This document shows, piece after piece, positions 10,801 through 20,122 of a stretch of DNA of 64,000 bases. The stretch lies in contig CAVYTU010000013.1 in NCBI GenBank assembly GCA_963771465.1, forward strand, positions 1-64,000, given 5' to 3'. The DNA comes from an uncultured delta proteobacterium (GTDB taxonomy: Bacteria; Desulfobacterota; Binatia; UBA9968). Positions within the stretch are counted from its first letter, which is position 1. Each line of letters starts with the position of its first letter. A model generated the notes under the pieces. That model was not told where the DNA came from. It did no database searches and was given only the letters and a program-made list of their open reading frames with translations. A program made the translations under genes and the position numbers.

Positions 10801-12312
10801 ATGGCGGATAAGTATGACGTGATTATTGTCGGTGGCGGTTCGGCGGGCTGCGTGGCGGCCAATCGCCTTTCGGAGGATTCCAATCGCAAATTGTTGTTGC
10901 TGGAAGCCGGCCCGGATCCTTGGCCGCTGCCGGAACTGGTCGCAGATGCTTCGAAGCAGACGCGTCTATTATTGGAATCGGATTTCGTTTCCATGTTCGG
11001 CACACAGCGCCATATCGACGGCAGTACTTACTACGCGCTCGCCGGCCGCATTATGGGCGGCGGGTCGTCGGTGAACGTGATGTCGGTACTCCGACCGCAG
11101 CGTTACGATTTAGATCAGTGGGTGGCGGCGGGCAATCCGGATTGGACGTTCGATCGCTGCCTGCCCTTTATGAAGAAAATTGAATCCGACCAGGATTTTC
11201 CCGACAGTCCGATTCACGGCAAGGATGGGCCGCTTTACGTCAAGCGCCAGTATACGCTCGACATGCCGATGTCGCCGCCGGCGCGGGCGTTCATCGACGC
11301 GGCGTATGCGATGGGTTTGCCGAAGTGTCCCGATTTAAACGTGCCGGAACCTTACGGTGTGTGCGCGTCGCCTTACAATATCAAAGACGGCAAACGGCAG
11401 TCCACCGTGGTGGCGTATTTGAATGCCGCGCGCGAGCGCAAGAACCTGACGATCCTCGATCAAGCCACGGTGCACACGCTTAAACTTAACGGCAAAAAAT
11501 GCGAGGGCGTCAACTACGAACGCGATGGCCAAATGCACACCGCTCTCGGCGGCCAGGTGCTCATCACCTCCGGTGTTTACGGCTCGCCGCAAATTCTCAT
11601 GCTAAGCGGCATCGGCCAGGCTGACCAATTAAGAAATCATAACCTCGTGCTCATCCATGAGCTCAAAGGCGTCGGCGAAAACTATCAGGATCATCCGGTA
11701 GTCTTCATGACTTACGAAGGACCGAAGGAGTCAAAAGAAGACTGGGTGGTGCCGCGTTTTCGCTTGATCATTCGCAAGAACGCGATCAGCGAAGCGGCCA
11801 ATTTTCACATCAACATGCGGCCGCCGACGGAGGTGACCGGTTTGAAGCGCATGATGCCGATCTCGGCGCATTTACTTGAACAGCGTAACCGCGGCCGGGT
11901 ATTTCTCCAGAGCGGCGATGCGCATGATCAGGTCGGCATCAACTCGTCCATGCTCGAACATCCCGAAGATTTAAAAGCGATGGTCGAAGCGATGCAATTC
12001 ATCGACGAGTTGGTGCACCGGCCCGAGGTCAAAGAATACTACGGCCCGCTGATCCAGCCAGGGTCAGGTGAAGACTGGGGCGATTTCGCGCGTAAGACGT
12101 ACGACAGTTATCACCACGGTGTTGGCACTTGTAAGATGGGGCCGGCGAGCGATCCAATGGCGGTGGTCGATCAGCGGCTGCGCGTGCACGGCATACAAAA
12201 TCTCTGGGTCGGCGACGCGTCGATCATGCCGGTGGTCAGCCGGGCTAATACGAACTTAACTTCGATCATGATCGGCGAGCGCTTGGCGGATTTTGTCCAA
12301 GAGGTCGCGTAG
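10801..12312 (+). CDS. GMC family FAD oxidoreductase (choline dehydrogenase-like)
   Basis: IVGGGSAG, GGGSSVN, GVGENYQDH, HGVGTCKMG, VGDASIMP...NTN; GAGGAG RBS. Confidence 0.9.
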   Translation: MADKYDVIIVGGGSAGCVAANRLSEDSNRKLLLLEAGPDPWPLPELVADASKQTRLLLESDFVSMFGTQRHIDGSTYYALAGRIMGGGSSVNVMSVLRPQRYDLDQWVAAGNPDWTFDRCLPFMKKIESDQDFPDSPIHGKDGPLYVKRQYTLDMPMSPPARAFIDAAYAMGLPKCPDLNVPEPYGVCASPYNIKDGKRQSTVVAYLNAARERKNLTILDQATVHTLKLNGKKCEGVNYERDGQMHTALGGQVLITSGVYGSPQILMLSGIGQADQLRNHNLVLIHELKGVGENYQDHPVVFMTYEGPKESKEDWVVPRFRLIIRKNAISEAANFHINMRPPTEVTGLKRMMPISAHLLEQRNRGRVFLQSGDAHDQVGINSSMLEHPEDLKAMVEAMQFIDELVHRPEVKEYYGPLIQPGSGEDWGDFARKTYDSYHHGVGTCKMGPASDPMAVVDQRLRVHGIQNLWVGDASIMPVVSRANTNLTSIMIGERLADFVQEVA

Positions 12313-12356
12313 GGCAATACGCGAGTTGCCTTAACATTCAAAGCCGGAGGAGAAAT

Positions 12357-12866
12357 ATGGCCGACTATCCATTGTCAGCTCAAGCGATCAAGCAAGAGTT
12401 CAAACGCGCTGGCATTCACTTTGTCGTGGCGTTGCCGGACCGCGTGACCAGCCACTATTTGCTCAAGGGGTTGCTCGCTGACCCGGAGTATAAAGTCGTG
12501 CAAGTGTGCAAGGAAGACGAAGGCGTGTCGATCTGCAGCGGGCTCTACGCCGCGGGCCACAAATCGGTGTTCATGATGCAGTACACGGGGTTTTTGGATT
12601 CGATCAACGCTATTCGCGGCGTCGCCGTCGAAGGCCATTTCCCGGTGTGTATGATCGTCGGTCTGCTCGGCAAGGAACCCGATATCGCACCGGCTCAATC
12701 GAAAAAGTACGGCGTCAAGATTATCGAGCCGATTCTCGACGTCATGGGCATCGAGCATCATTTGATCGAGCGCGACGCTGACACACAGCAAATCGGGCCG
12801 GCGATCGAGAAGGCATTCAAAATTTCTTCTCCCGTCGCCATCCTGATCGGAAGGGAGCCGCGCTAG
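12357..12866 (+). CDS. ThDP-dependent decarboxylase alpha subunit (sulfopyruvate decarboxylase ComD-like)
   Basis: Pyr-domain pattern LPD...KEDEGVSICSG...MQYTGF..SINAI; paired with the next gene. Confidence 0.8.
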   Translation: MADYPLSAQAIKQEFKRAGIHFVVALPDRVTSHYLLKGLLADPEYKVVQVCKEDEGVSICSGLYAAGHKSVFMMQYTGFLDSINAIRGVAVEGHFPVCMIVGLLGKEPDIAPAQSKKYGVKIIEPILDVMGIEHHLIERDADTQQIGPAIEKAFKISSPVAILIGREPR

Positions 12867-12868
12867 CC

Positions 12869-13435
12869 ATGATGAAACGAGATGAAATGCTGAAAGCGTT
12901 TGTGAAACAGCGCAAAGACGAGATCGTTGTCGCGGTTTATACGGCGGCCCAAGAGTTGACGCATATCGCGCCCAACGACTTGAACTATACTTTTGTCGGC
13001 GCCATGGGGCAGGGCTCATCGCATGCTTTGGGTTTGGCGCTCGGGCGGCCCGACAAGAAAGTCGTCGTGTTCGACGGCGACGGCAGCTTGCTGATGAATC
13101 TAGGTTCGCTGGTCACGATCGCTGATCAGGCGCCGAAGAATTATATTCATTGCTTGTGCGAGAACGGCTGCTATGAAACCAACGGCTCTGTCTTGACACC
13201 GCGCTCGGGACAAATCCGTTTCGCGGAGTTGGCCAAAACCGCCGGCTACAAGAAAACCTATGAACTATCCGATCTCGCCGAGTGGGAAAAAAAGCTGCCG
13301 GAGATTCTCAACGAGGAAGGCCCGCTCTTCGTCACCCTTAAGGTCGAGCCGGGCGAGGACTATCCGGAGAATTTTCAGCGCCTCTACAGCATCGAGCACC
13401 GCGAGAAGTTTCGCCAGACGCTGGCGAAAGCTTGA
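12869..13435 (+). CDS. ThDP-dependent decarboxylase beta subunit (ComE-like)
   Basis: GAMGQGSSHALGLAL and ThDP motif DGDGSLLMNLG...NG.Y; 2-nt gap from the alpha subunit. Confidence 0.85.
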   Translation: MMKRDEMLKAFVKQRKDEIVVAVYTAAQELTHIAPNDLNYTFVGAMGQGSSHALGLALGRPDKKVVVFDGDGSLLMNLGSLVTIADQAPKNYIHCLCENGCYETNGSVLTPRSGQIRFAELAKTAGYKKTYELSDLAEWEKKLPEILNEEGPLFVTLKVEPGEDYPENFQRLYSIEHREKFRQTLAKA

Positions 13436-13469
13436 CGAGCTGTTTTGACACTCGCACGGTTCCGCAGAC

Positions 13470-13542
13470 GCCCGGCTAGACTCGAGTTTGGTCTTTCGCG
13501 TCTCGGGTTCAACTCGAAATTCGTAACGCAAGACTCGAATCC
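13470..13542. repeat. Degenerate 7-nt periodic inverted repeat element
   Basis: Arms tcgagtt/tcgcgtc/tcgggtt face aactcga/aattcgt/aacgcaa/gactcga. Confidence 0.5.
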
Positions 13543-13559
13543 GCCCGCGGCGTTCTGAC

Positions 13560-14423
13560 ATGTTGCCGCAATTTCTCGCCTTCGTCACGGCCATTTGCTA
13601 CGCCGCCGCATTGGTATTTTCTCGGCGCGGCTTGAAATACTCGACGCCCGATACCGTCACGCTGATTTCGATTCTCGTGCAAAACGTCACGCTCTGGCCG
13701 GCGGTGTTTCTCACCGGCGGGGTGCCAAACGTTTCTTGGGTGGCGGTGGGGATCTTTTGCATCGTCGGGACTTTTCAAATGGGCGTGCGCCTGTTCGCCT
13801 ACACCGGGGTGCTGAAGATCGGCGCCTCGCGCAGTAGTTCGCTGCAATCGATCAGCCCGCTGTTCAGCGCGACGATCGCCATCACTATTCTAAAAGAACC
13901 GGTCACGATCCTGATCGTCGTCGGCACGCTGTTGGTGGTGTGCGGCATCATGCTGGTTTCCTGGAAGGCGGAGCGCGAGCTGGCGAGCTTTCGCTGGTGG
14001 CATCTGCTTCTGCCGATCGCTGCGGCCTGCTTGACGGGAATAAATCATCCGCTCCGGCGTTACGCATTTAGTCTTTCCAATGAGCCGTTTTTTTTCTCGG
14101 CGTTCATGGGTTTGGTTTCTTTGGTAGGCTTTTCCATCTACCGGTCGGTATCACCGCGGCGCCAAAGTCTTAAGTGGAATCGCGCCGGGCTCTGGCCGTT
14201 CTTCTGGACCGGCGTATTCGAAACATTTTCGATTGTCTTCATCATGACGTCGCTCAGCTTGGGCCGAGTGGTGGTGGTCGTGCCGATCGCGGCGACCTAT
14301 CCGGTCTGGGCGCTGATCGGCGCAAAATTATTTCTAAGCGATGTTGAGAAAATAACGGCGAAGGCCGTGATCGGCATTTTCAGCGTCGTCGCCGGCACCG
14401 TGGCGATTCATATGGGAAAATAG
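13560..14423 (+). CDS. EamA/DMT family transporter
   Basis: 287 aa, about ten hydrophobic segments in two repeats, IGASRSS..QSISPLF...ILKE motif. Confidence 0.85.
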   Translation: MLPQFLAFVTAICYAAALVFSRRGLKYSTPDTVTLISILVQNVTLWPAVFLTGGVPNVSWVAVGIFCIVGTFQMGVRLFAYTGVLKIGASRSSSLQSISPLFSATIAITILKEPVTILIVVGTLLVVCGIMLVSWKAERELASFRWWHLLLPIAAACLTGINHPLRRYAFSLSNEPFFFSAFMGLVSLVGFSIYRSVSPRRQSLKWNRAGLWPFFWTGVFETFSIVFIMTSLSLGRVVVVVPIAATYPVWALIGAKLFLSDVEKITAKAVIGIFSVVAGTVAIHMGK

Positions 14424-14572
14424 ATTGCGGCGGCGAAAATGATTTTACCGCGATGCACACAAAGGACGCAAAAAGGAAGGTGGCTCCAGGTTTTGGTCAA
14501 TCCCCGATCGTTTCCAGGTCCGCTTGTCATGATCAAGTGCGTCACATAAGATCGCTCGTCGGAGGTGATCGC

Positions 14573-15199
14573 GTGAAAATCTACGACATATCTCTAACCC
14601 TTTCGCCCCAATCGATCCGTTGGATCACCGCCCAACCGCTTGAGTTGATCGAACGCAAGCGCATGAGCCGCGGCGACTCCAACAATTCGTCGTCCATACA
14701 CACGAGCGTCCACGCCGGCACGCACGTCGACGCGCCGTTTCACTTCGTGCCCGACGGCATCACGATCGAATCGTTGCCGCTGGAAACTTTCATCGGTCCG
14801 GCGCGAGTCTGCGCCGTGAAGCCGGGCACGCATATCACCGCGGCGGACGTTGTTGCGGCAGGATTGCAGGGTGAGACGCGGGTGCTGTTCAAGACGCGAA
14901 ACTCAACTTTATTAAAAGTCGGTGTCTACGACGCGAGCTTCGCGCCGTTCTCGGTCGACGGCGCGAAGGCGCTGGTCGATCTCGGCGTGAAGCTGGTTGG
15001 CATTGATTATCTTTCGGCCGCTGGCGCCAACGAACAGGTGCCCGTGCATCGCGCTTTCTTAGATCGTGGCGTGATCTTGCTCGAAGGCGTCGATCTGTCT
15101 GAAGTGCCGCCGGGGCGTTACGAGCTTTTCTGCCCGCCGGTGAAACTCGCCGGTTCCGACGGCGCGCCGTGCCGAGCGGTGCTGAGAGATCTCGCTTGA
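14573..15199 (+). CDS. Cyclase family metallohydrolase (kynurenine formamidase-like)
   Basis: HAGTHVDAPFHF, LVGIDYLS, H..FL, GSDGAPCRAV; GTG start at 14573 after GGAGGTG. Confidence 0.88.
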   Translation: MKIYDISLTLSPQSIRWITAQPLELIERKRMSRGDSNNSSSIHTSVHAGTHVDAPFHFVPDGITIESLPLETFIGPARVCAVKPGTHITAADVVAAGLQGETRVLFKTRNSTLLKVGVYDASFAPFSVDGAKALVDLGVKLVGIDYLSAAGANEQVPVHRAFLDRGVILLEGVDLSEVPPGRYELFCPPVKLAGSDGAPCRAVLRDLA

Positions 15200-15282
15200 T
15201 TGAAATGTTAATTGTAAAGGATACGAAAAGCGCGAAGTGTCGAAGAAATTAGCTGGCAAGAGCGCAAAGCAGCAAAAGGGAT

Positions 15283-16143
15283 ATGACGAGATTTCAACCT
15301 TCGATCATCGTTCACGGCGGCGCGGGGCCGATCAAAGACGACAGCCTCGCGGCGCGGCTTGAGGGCTGTAAAGCAGCGGCGCTGGCGGGCTGGAAGATTT
15401 TACAAGATGGCGGCGCGGCGCTCGATGCGGTTGAGGCCGCGGTTGTCATGCTGGAAGACAATCCACTTTTCAACGCCGGCACCGGTTCGACATTAAATAA
15501 TCTTGGCAATGTCGAGATGGACGCGGCGATCATGGAGGGACAAACCTTGCGCGCCGGCGCCGTGGCGGCCGTTGCGGGAATTAAAAATCCGATAATGCTC
15601 GCGCGCCGCGTCTTGGAAGACGGGCGCCACGTCATGCTCGCCGGCGATGGCGCATTATTATTCGCTCGGCAAGTCGGTGTTCCCCAGTGCGCGCCGGAAG
15701 CGTTGATTGTCGAGCGGGAGCAAAAACGCTGGGAGAGCAAACACGGCACGGTCGGCTGTGTTGCCTTCGATGCCGACGGCAAGCTCGCCGTGGCGACATC
15801 GACCGGCGGTATATTCAATAAGCTGCCCGGACGAGTCGGCGATTCGCCGCTGATCGGCTGCGGCACATACGCAGACGATTACGGCGCGGCATCGTGCACC
15901 GGCCACGGCGAAGCGATCATGCGCTTGGTTCTGGCCAAGCGCGCCGTCGATAATTTGAAGAACGGCAGTGACGCGCAAACCGCCGCTACGCTTGCCATGA
16001 CTGATCTCGAAGACGATCGCATCCAAGCCACCGGCGGCATAATTCTGATCGACCGCTTTGGCAAGATCGGCTACGCGCGCAATACGACGCATATGCCGGT
16101 GTGCGCGATTTCCGGCGCGGCGCACGTCGTTTCGGTGAGTTAA
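15283..16143 (+). CDS. iaaA: Isoaspartyl peptidase / L-asparaginase (Ntn hydrolase)
   Basis: IVHGGAG, FNAGTGS, EMDAAIM, autocleavage site G-TVG, ATSTGG, GRVGDSP, TGHGE. Confidence 0.9.
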   Translation: MTRFQPSIIVHGGAGPIKDDSLAARLEGCKAAALAGWKILQDGGAALDAVEAAVVMLEDNPLFNAGTGSTLNNLGNVEMDAAIMEGQTLRAGAVAAVAGIKNPIMLARRVLEDGRHVMLAGDGALLFARQVGVPQCAPEALIVEREQKRWESKHGTVGCVAFDADGKLAVATSTGGIFNKLPGRVGDSPLIGCGTYADDYGAASCTGHGEAIMRLVLAKRAVDNLKNGSDAQTAATLAMTDLEDDRIQATGGIILIDRFGKIGYARNTTHMPVCAISGAAHVVSVS

Positions 16144-16169
16144 GGTAACATCCCTTTTAAGGATGTCTC

Positions 16170-17120
16170 ATGGTCATCGATTTTGAACATCACTATATTC
16201 CCGCCGAACTCGGCCGGCGTTTGGGCATGGATCCGACGAGGAAAGATGCCGTGCGCACCGGCGATGCTTCGATCCACTCGCAGTTATTCGATCTGACCGC
16301 GCAGATTCGTGACATGGATCGCGCGGGGATCGATATCGCCGTGCAAAGCTGCATTATCGGCTGGGACACGACGCTGGAGAATTGTCAGTTGCTCAACGAC
16401 TGCACGGCGCAGCTGCAACACGATTATCCGAAGCGTTTCGTCGGTCTGGCGCACGCGCCGGCGTTGGAAGCAGCGGGATTGCGCGAACTCGAACGCGCGG
16501 TGAGCCAACTGGGATTGAAAGGCGTGACGATCTCGTCGCAAATAAATGGCCTCTCGCTCGACGCTGAGGAATTCACTCCGCTTTACGAATTGGTAAAACG
16601 ACTTGACGTGCCAATCTTCGTCCATCCCGCGCTGGGACCCAAGGGTTACGAGCTGATGAAAGACTACATGCTGCCTGTCATTCTCACGCGGGAGTTCGAT
16701 CTCGGTGTCGCGGTAACGCGCATGATCGCCGGCGGGGTTGTTGAGCGCTATCCCGAGCTTCGCTTCGTGTTTGCGCACTTTGGCGGCGGTTTGGCTGGAT
16801 ACAAAGAAAGAATTTCGCGCTCGTCCTATCGCTTCAAACTGCCCAAGTCGTTCGACGATTATTTCAATCAGCTCTATTTCGACATGGCGGGATTCGAAGG
16901 CAGCCCGATCGCGCTGCGCTGCGCGCTGGAGGTCATCAAGCCGGAGCGAATGGTTTTTGCCACCGACTATCCGCAGAATTTCAATAATAGCGACCCGAAA
17001 CAGGGGAAAAACATCGACGGCGTCAACGAATATGTTGACGAGATTCGCCGTTTGCCGCTGGATGCCAGCGTAATAGAAAACATGCTTGGCGGCACGGCGG
17101 CGCGGCTGTTGAAATTGTAA
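16170..17120 (+). CDS. Amidohydrolase-2 family protein (ACMSD-like)
   Basis: IDFEHH, PIFVHP, AHFGGG, FATDYP. Confidence 0.85.
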   Translation: MVIDFEHHYIPAELGRRLGMDPTRKDAVRTGDASIHSQLFDLTAQIRDMDRAGIDIAVQSCIIGWDTTLENCQLLNDCTAQLQHDYPKRFVGLAHAPALEAAGLRELERAVSQLGLKGVTISSQINGLSLDAEEFTPLYELVKRLDVPIFVHPALGPKGYELMKDYMLPVILTREFDLGVAVTRMIAGGVVERYPELRFVFAHFGGGLAGYKERISRSSYRFKLPKSFDDYFNQLYFDMAGFEGSPIALRCALEVIKPERMVFATDYPQNFNNSDPKQGKNIDGVNEYVDEIRRLPLDASVIENMLGGTAARLLKL

Positions 17121-17148
17121 GGGCGCAATCGACTCAGTGGAGGTAGTT

Positions 17149-17739
17149 ATGCTCAGAATTAACGGTGTCTCGAAAGAAGATGCGCCGCAAGAAGTACGGG
17201 AGGTTTTCGCAGCGCAGGAAAAACAATACGGCGCGATCTTGAACACCGCCAAAGTCTACGGTTTGCGGCCGACGATACAAAAAGGCGTACAGGCGTTGCA
17301 GGCAGGGATCGTCGCATCGGGTTTGATCAGCGCCGAGCTGCGCCACCTGCTTTGCATGAAGGCTGCCAGCATCAACGGTTGTCCGTATTGACTGGACATC
17401 AACGCATCCAGTGGGATGCAGCATGGCGCGTCGGCCGAGAAGCTGGAAGCGGCGTTGGGCGATTACAAGAAGAGCGCAGTCTTTTCGTCGCGGGAAAAGC
17501 TAGCGTTGGAACTTTGCGAGCGGATGACCTACACCAACAAGCGCGTCACCGATCGTTTTTTCAACCGGCTTAGGAAAAGTTTTTCCGAAGAAGAAATGGT
17601 CGAGTTAGCCGCGATCATCGCGTTGGAAAATTTCCGCAGCAAGTTCAACCCGGTGTTCGCCGTTGAGGCGCATGGCTTTTGTCCCGTGCCGGCGGTCAAA
17701 CAAGGCGCCGCCGAGGCGGCGCGCAGGTTTCATGAATAG
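17149..17739 (+). CDS. AhpD/carboxymuconolactone decarboxylase-family protein with in-frame UGA, probable selenoprotein (CPYU), 196 aa
   Basis: ORFs 17137-17391 and 17416-17739 share a frame and are separated only by TGA at 17389-17391. Read-through gives LRHLLCMKAASINGCPY-U-LDINASSGMQHG...FSSREKLALELCERMT...FSEEEMVELAAIIALENFRSKFN, a complete AhpD-like sequence. ATG at 17149 follows GGAGGT. Confidence 0.85.
17392..17419 (+). promoter_or_regulatory. Candidate bacterial SECIS element
   Basis: Perfect 6-bp stem GCATCC (17404-17409) / GGATGC (17414-17419) with AGTG loop, starting 12 nt after the UGA. Confidence 0.65.
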
Positions 17740-17810
17740 GGAAAAGACGATGGACGTCGGCGCGAGCGCTTTCCATTCTCATGAATCAAGAGTTTTGGCA
17801 TGAGGATATA

Positions 17811-18776
17811 ATGATTCGAATCAAACTCATTGGACATGCCGTGATGGTTGTCGGCTTCATTTTGGCGACGCAATCAGCTTACGCTGCCGCTGCGCCGACC
17901 AAGGTGACGATTCATGTGCCCTCCAAGAGTTTGTCGATCATGCCGTATTATTTGGGCAAGGATAAAGGCTTCTTCGCGGCGGAAGGGATAGAGCCGCAGC
18001 TAGTCATGATGGCGCCGCCGACGGCGATCGCGGCGATGGTCGCGGGCGAGTTGGATTTTTCATCGACCACCGGCGCAGCGACCTCGGCGATCATGCGCGG
18101 ACTGCCGCTCAGGCGCGTATTCTATGTTCAGCAGGATCCGGTCCACGTGCTACTGGCGCAGCCGGAGATCAAATCGGTTGAAGCATTGATCGGCAAAACC
18201 ATCGGCGTGACGGCCTTAACCGACGCCGTGGGCATGTCGGCCAATGTGATTCTGCGCGCCCATGGTATTGAAGCCGGAAAAGTTACTTTGTTGGCGATGC
18301 AGGTCACCGACAACGCAATCAAGTCGCTAACAAGCAAAAGAATTGCCGCGACTTTGCTGGCGCCGCCCTATGTCGAAGAGCTGGAAGCGAAGGGTTACGT
18401 CAAGATCGCCGAGGCTCGAACTTACGCTCCGCTAAGTTTCATCGGTCTAGTGAGTTCCCAGGAGACCATGAAGAAAAATCCCCAGAAGGTTCAGGGTATG
18501 GTTGGCGCGTTACACCGGACCATGAACTATATCCTAAATCCGGCGAATCGAGCCGAAGTGGTGCAGTACGTTTCAATCTATCACAAGATCGATCCGCCGC
18601 TCGCGGAGAAAGCCTTCACGGCGCAGATGTTGGGTTACAGCAAAGACGGCACCAAGCCACGCGCGGCGGTGGAGAAAGAAATTGAAATTTATCGCGAGAC
18701 GCTGAAGATCGCGAAGACTTTCACGCCGGATGACTTGGAAGACATGAGTTGGCTGAAGTTGGTAAAGGGACGATGA
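17811..18776 (+). CDS. ABC-type substrate-binding protein, NMT1/THI5/SsuA-like
   Basis: Signal peptide, KGFFAAEGIE, AMVAGELDF, LIGKTIGV. Confidence 0.85.
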   Translation: MIRIKLIGHAVMVVGFILATQSAYAAAAPTKVTIHVPSKSLSIMPYYLGKDKGFFAAEGIEPQLVMMAPPTAIAAMVAGELDFSSTTGAATSAIMRGLPLRRVFYVQQDPVHVLLAQPEIKSVEALIGKTIGVTALTDAVGMSANVILRAHGIEAGKVTLLAMQVTDNAIKSLTSKRIAATLLAPPYVEELEAKGYVKIAEARTYAPLSFIGLVSSQETMKKNPQKVQGMVGALHRTMNYILNPANRAEVVQYVSIYHKIDPPLAEKAFTAQMLGYSKDGTKPRAAVEKEIEIYRETLKIAKTFTPDDLEDMSWLKLVKGR

Positions 18777-18904
18777 AGTTTTCTCGGCGGGGGATGGTTA
18801 AAAACGCTCAGGCTGTTCAACCGCATTGCTCCGTTCGAATCGTTCCAATCGAACCGACAGTTCGGCAAATCTGACTTGGTTACGAAGCAAAACAGCGCCG
18901 CAGA

Positions 18905-19924
18905 TTAGCGGCGATAATTCTCACTCCCCCAGATCTCTTTCAGAAAGCCACTCTTCTCAAGATTGTTCACGAAGCTGTTGTCGTAGATCTCTTCCGGCTT
19001 TTTTCTGATTGGACTGCCGCTTTCGCGGGCGAGGTCGACGGTTTCGGCGACCGCTTTGGCTGGGACGATCATGGTGCGATCAAGGATTTCCTTAGCGTAG
19101 ACGTCGTAGGCGGACTGGAGCGCTGCCGGGTCATTCGTGCGCATGGCTTTAGCCACAGACGCTTTGGCTTTGTCGGGATTCTTTTCAACGAAGTAGATGA
19201 TTTCGGCGAAGGCGGCGACCATGCGCTGGACGATCTCGGGGCGTTCCCGCAGCATTTTATAACTGGTGTGGAGCGAGCTGTAGATGAACGGTAAATTCAG
19301 ATCGATCAGGCGATACATTACATTGTAGCCTTCGTTCTTTGCTCGGACATCGAGCGGCGGCGTGATGATCACGCCGTGGACGATGCCGGCTGCCATCGCC
19401 TGATAACGTTCGCCTTGGCTACCGCCGATGGGTCGGATCGTGACTGCGTCAGCAGCTAGGCCCAACTTTCGTACCACCGCTCGCGACAGCCGGTCGCTCA
19501 AGTCTCCGGCGCGCGCGATCCCTAAGGCTTTGCCCTTCAGATCTTCCGGCCGCCGCACCTCTTTTCTGGTCACCAAAACATACGGCAGCTTTACGAGCGG
19601 GGACGCGACGATTTTCACATCAAGTCCCGCCGCCATTCCTGGAATGATCGCGTCCGAAGCGCAGTAAGTGAACTGTACTTCGTCGGTTGCCAAAGCGGTC
19701 AAGTTTTGGGCGCTGCCGCGGATAAAGATATTTTCCAACTTGACGCCGTACTTGTCGAACAGACCATTGTCGAGGGCCGTGTAGAGATGGATGAACCCGC
19801 CTGACACGGCGCACGTAGAAACTCTCATCGAAAGCGGCCGTTCACCAGGTTTGGGCAGATAAGGATTGGCGAAGCTAGCGGTGGTAACTAGAGAGAGTAG
19901 GAAAGCGAAAATTCCTATCTTCAT
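18905..19924 (-). CDS. ABC-type substrate-binding protein, NMT1/THI5/SsuA-like
   Basis: Likely start MKIGIFAFLL at 19924 (signal peptide); GLFDKYG, DLKGKALGI, DNSFVNNLEKSGFL. Confidence 0.85.
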   Translation of the reverse strand: MKIGIFAFLLSLVTTASFANPYLPKPGERPLSMRVSTCAVSGGFIHLYTALDNGLFDKYGVKLENIFIRGSAQNLTALATDEVQFTYCASDAIIPGMAAGLDVKIVASPLVKLPYVLVTRKEVRRPEDLKGKALGIARAGDLSDRLSRAVVRKLGLAADAVTIRPIGGSQGERYQAMAAGIVHGVIITPPLDVRAKNEGYNVMYRLIDLNLPFIYSSLHTSYKMLRERPEIVQRMVAAFAEIIYFVEKNPDKAKASVAKAMRTNDPAALQSAYDVYAKEILDRTMIVPAKAVAETVDLARESGSPIRKKPEEIYDNSFVNNLEKSGFLKEIWGSENYRR

Positions 19925-20122
19925 TAGCGCGAACTTTATGCCAAGTCCGCCGAGCTTGTAAAGTGTAAACATAGTTGCGCGCCTTGACGCCGTGCCATGG
20001 GCTGACCTATTTATGAATCGATCTCGTTGCCTAGCCGCGCGCGGTCGAACGCTAATGTGCCGCGGCGTGAGTCGCCAATTGGCTACCGGCGAAAAAGGTG
20101 CGCGGGAAGTGAGGAGCGATCC

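Noticed and set aside
17416-17739. Separate 107-aa gene, with the upstream 84-aa ORF as a nonsense pseudogene
   Set aside because: The stop is TGA at the catalytic Cys column with a SECIS-like hairpin, so read-through explains it better.
19928-19944. Sigma54-like TTGGCATAAAGTTCGC on the minus strand
   Set aside because: The predicted transcription start would fall inside the CDS starting at 19924.
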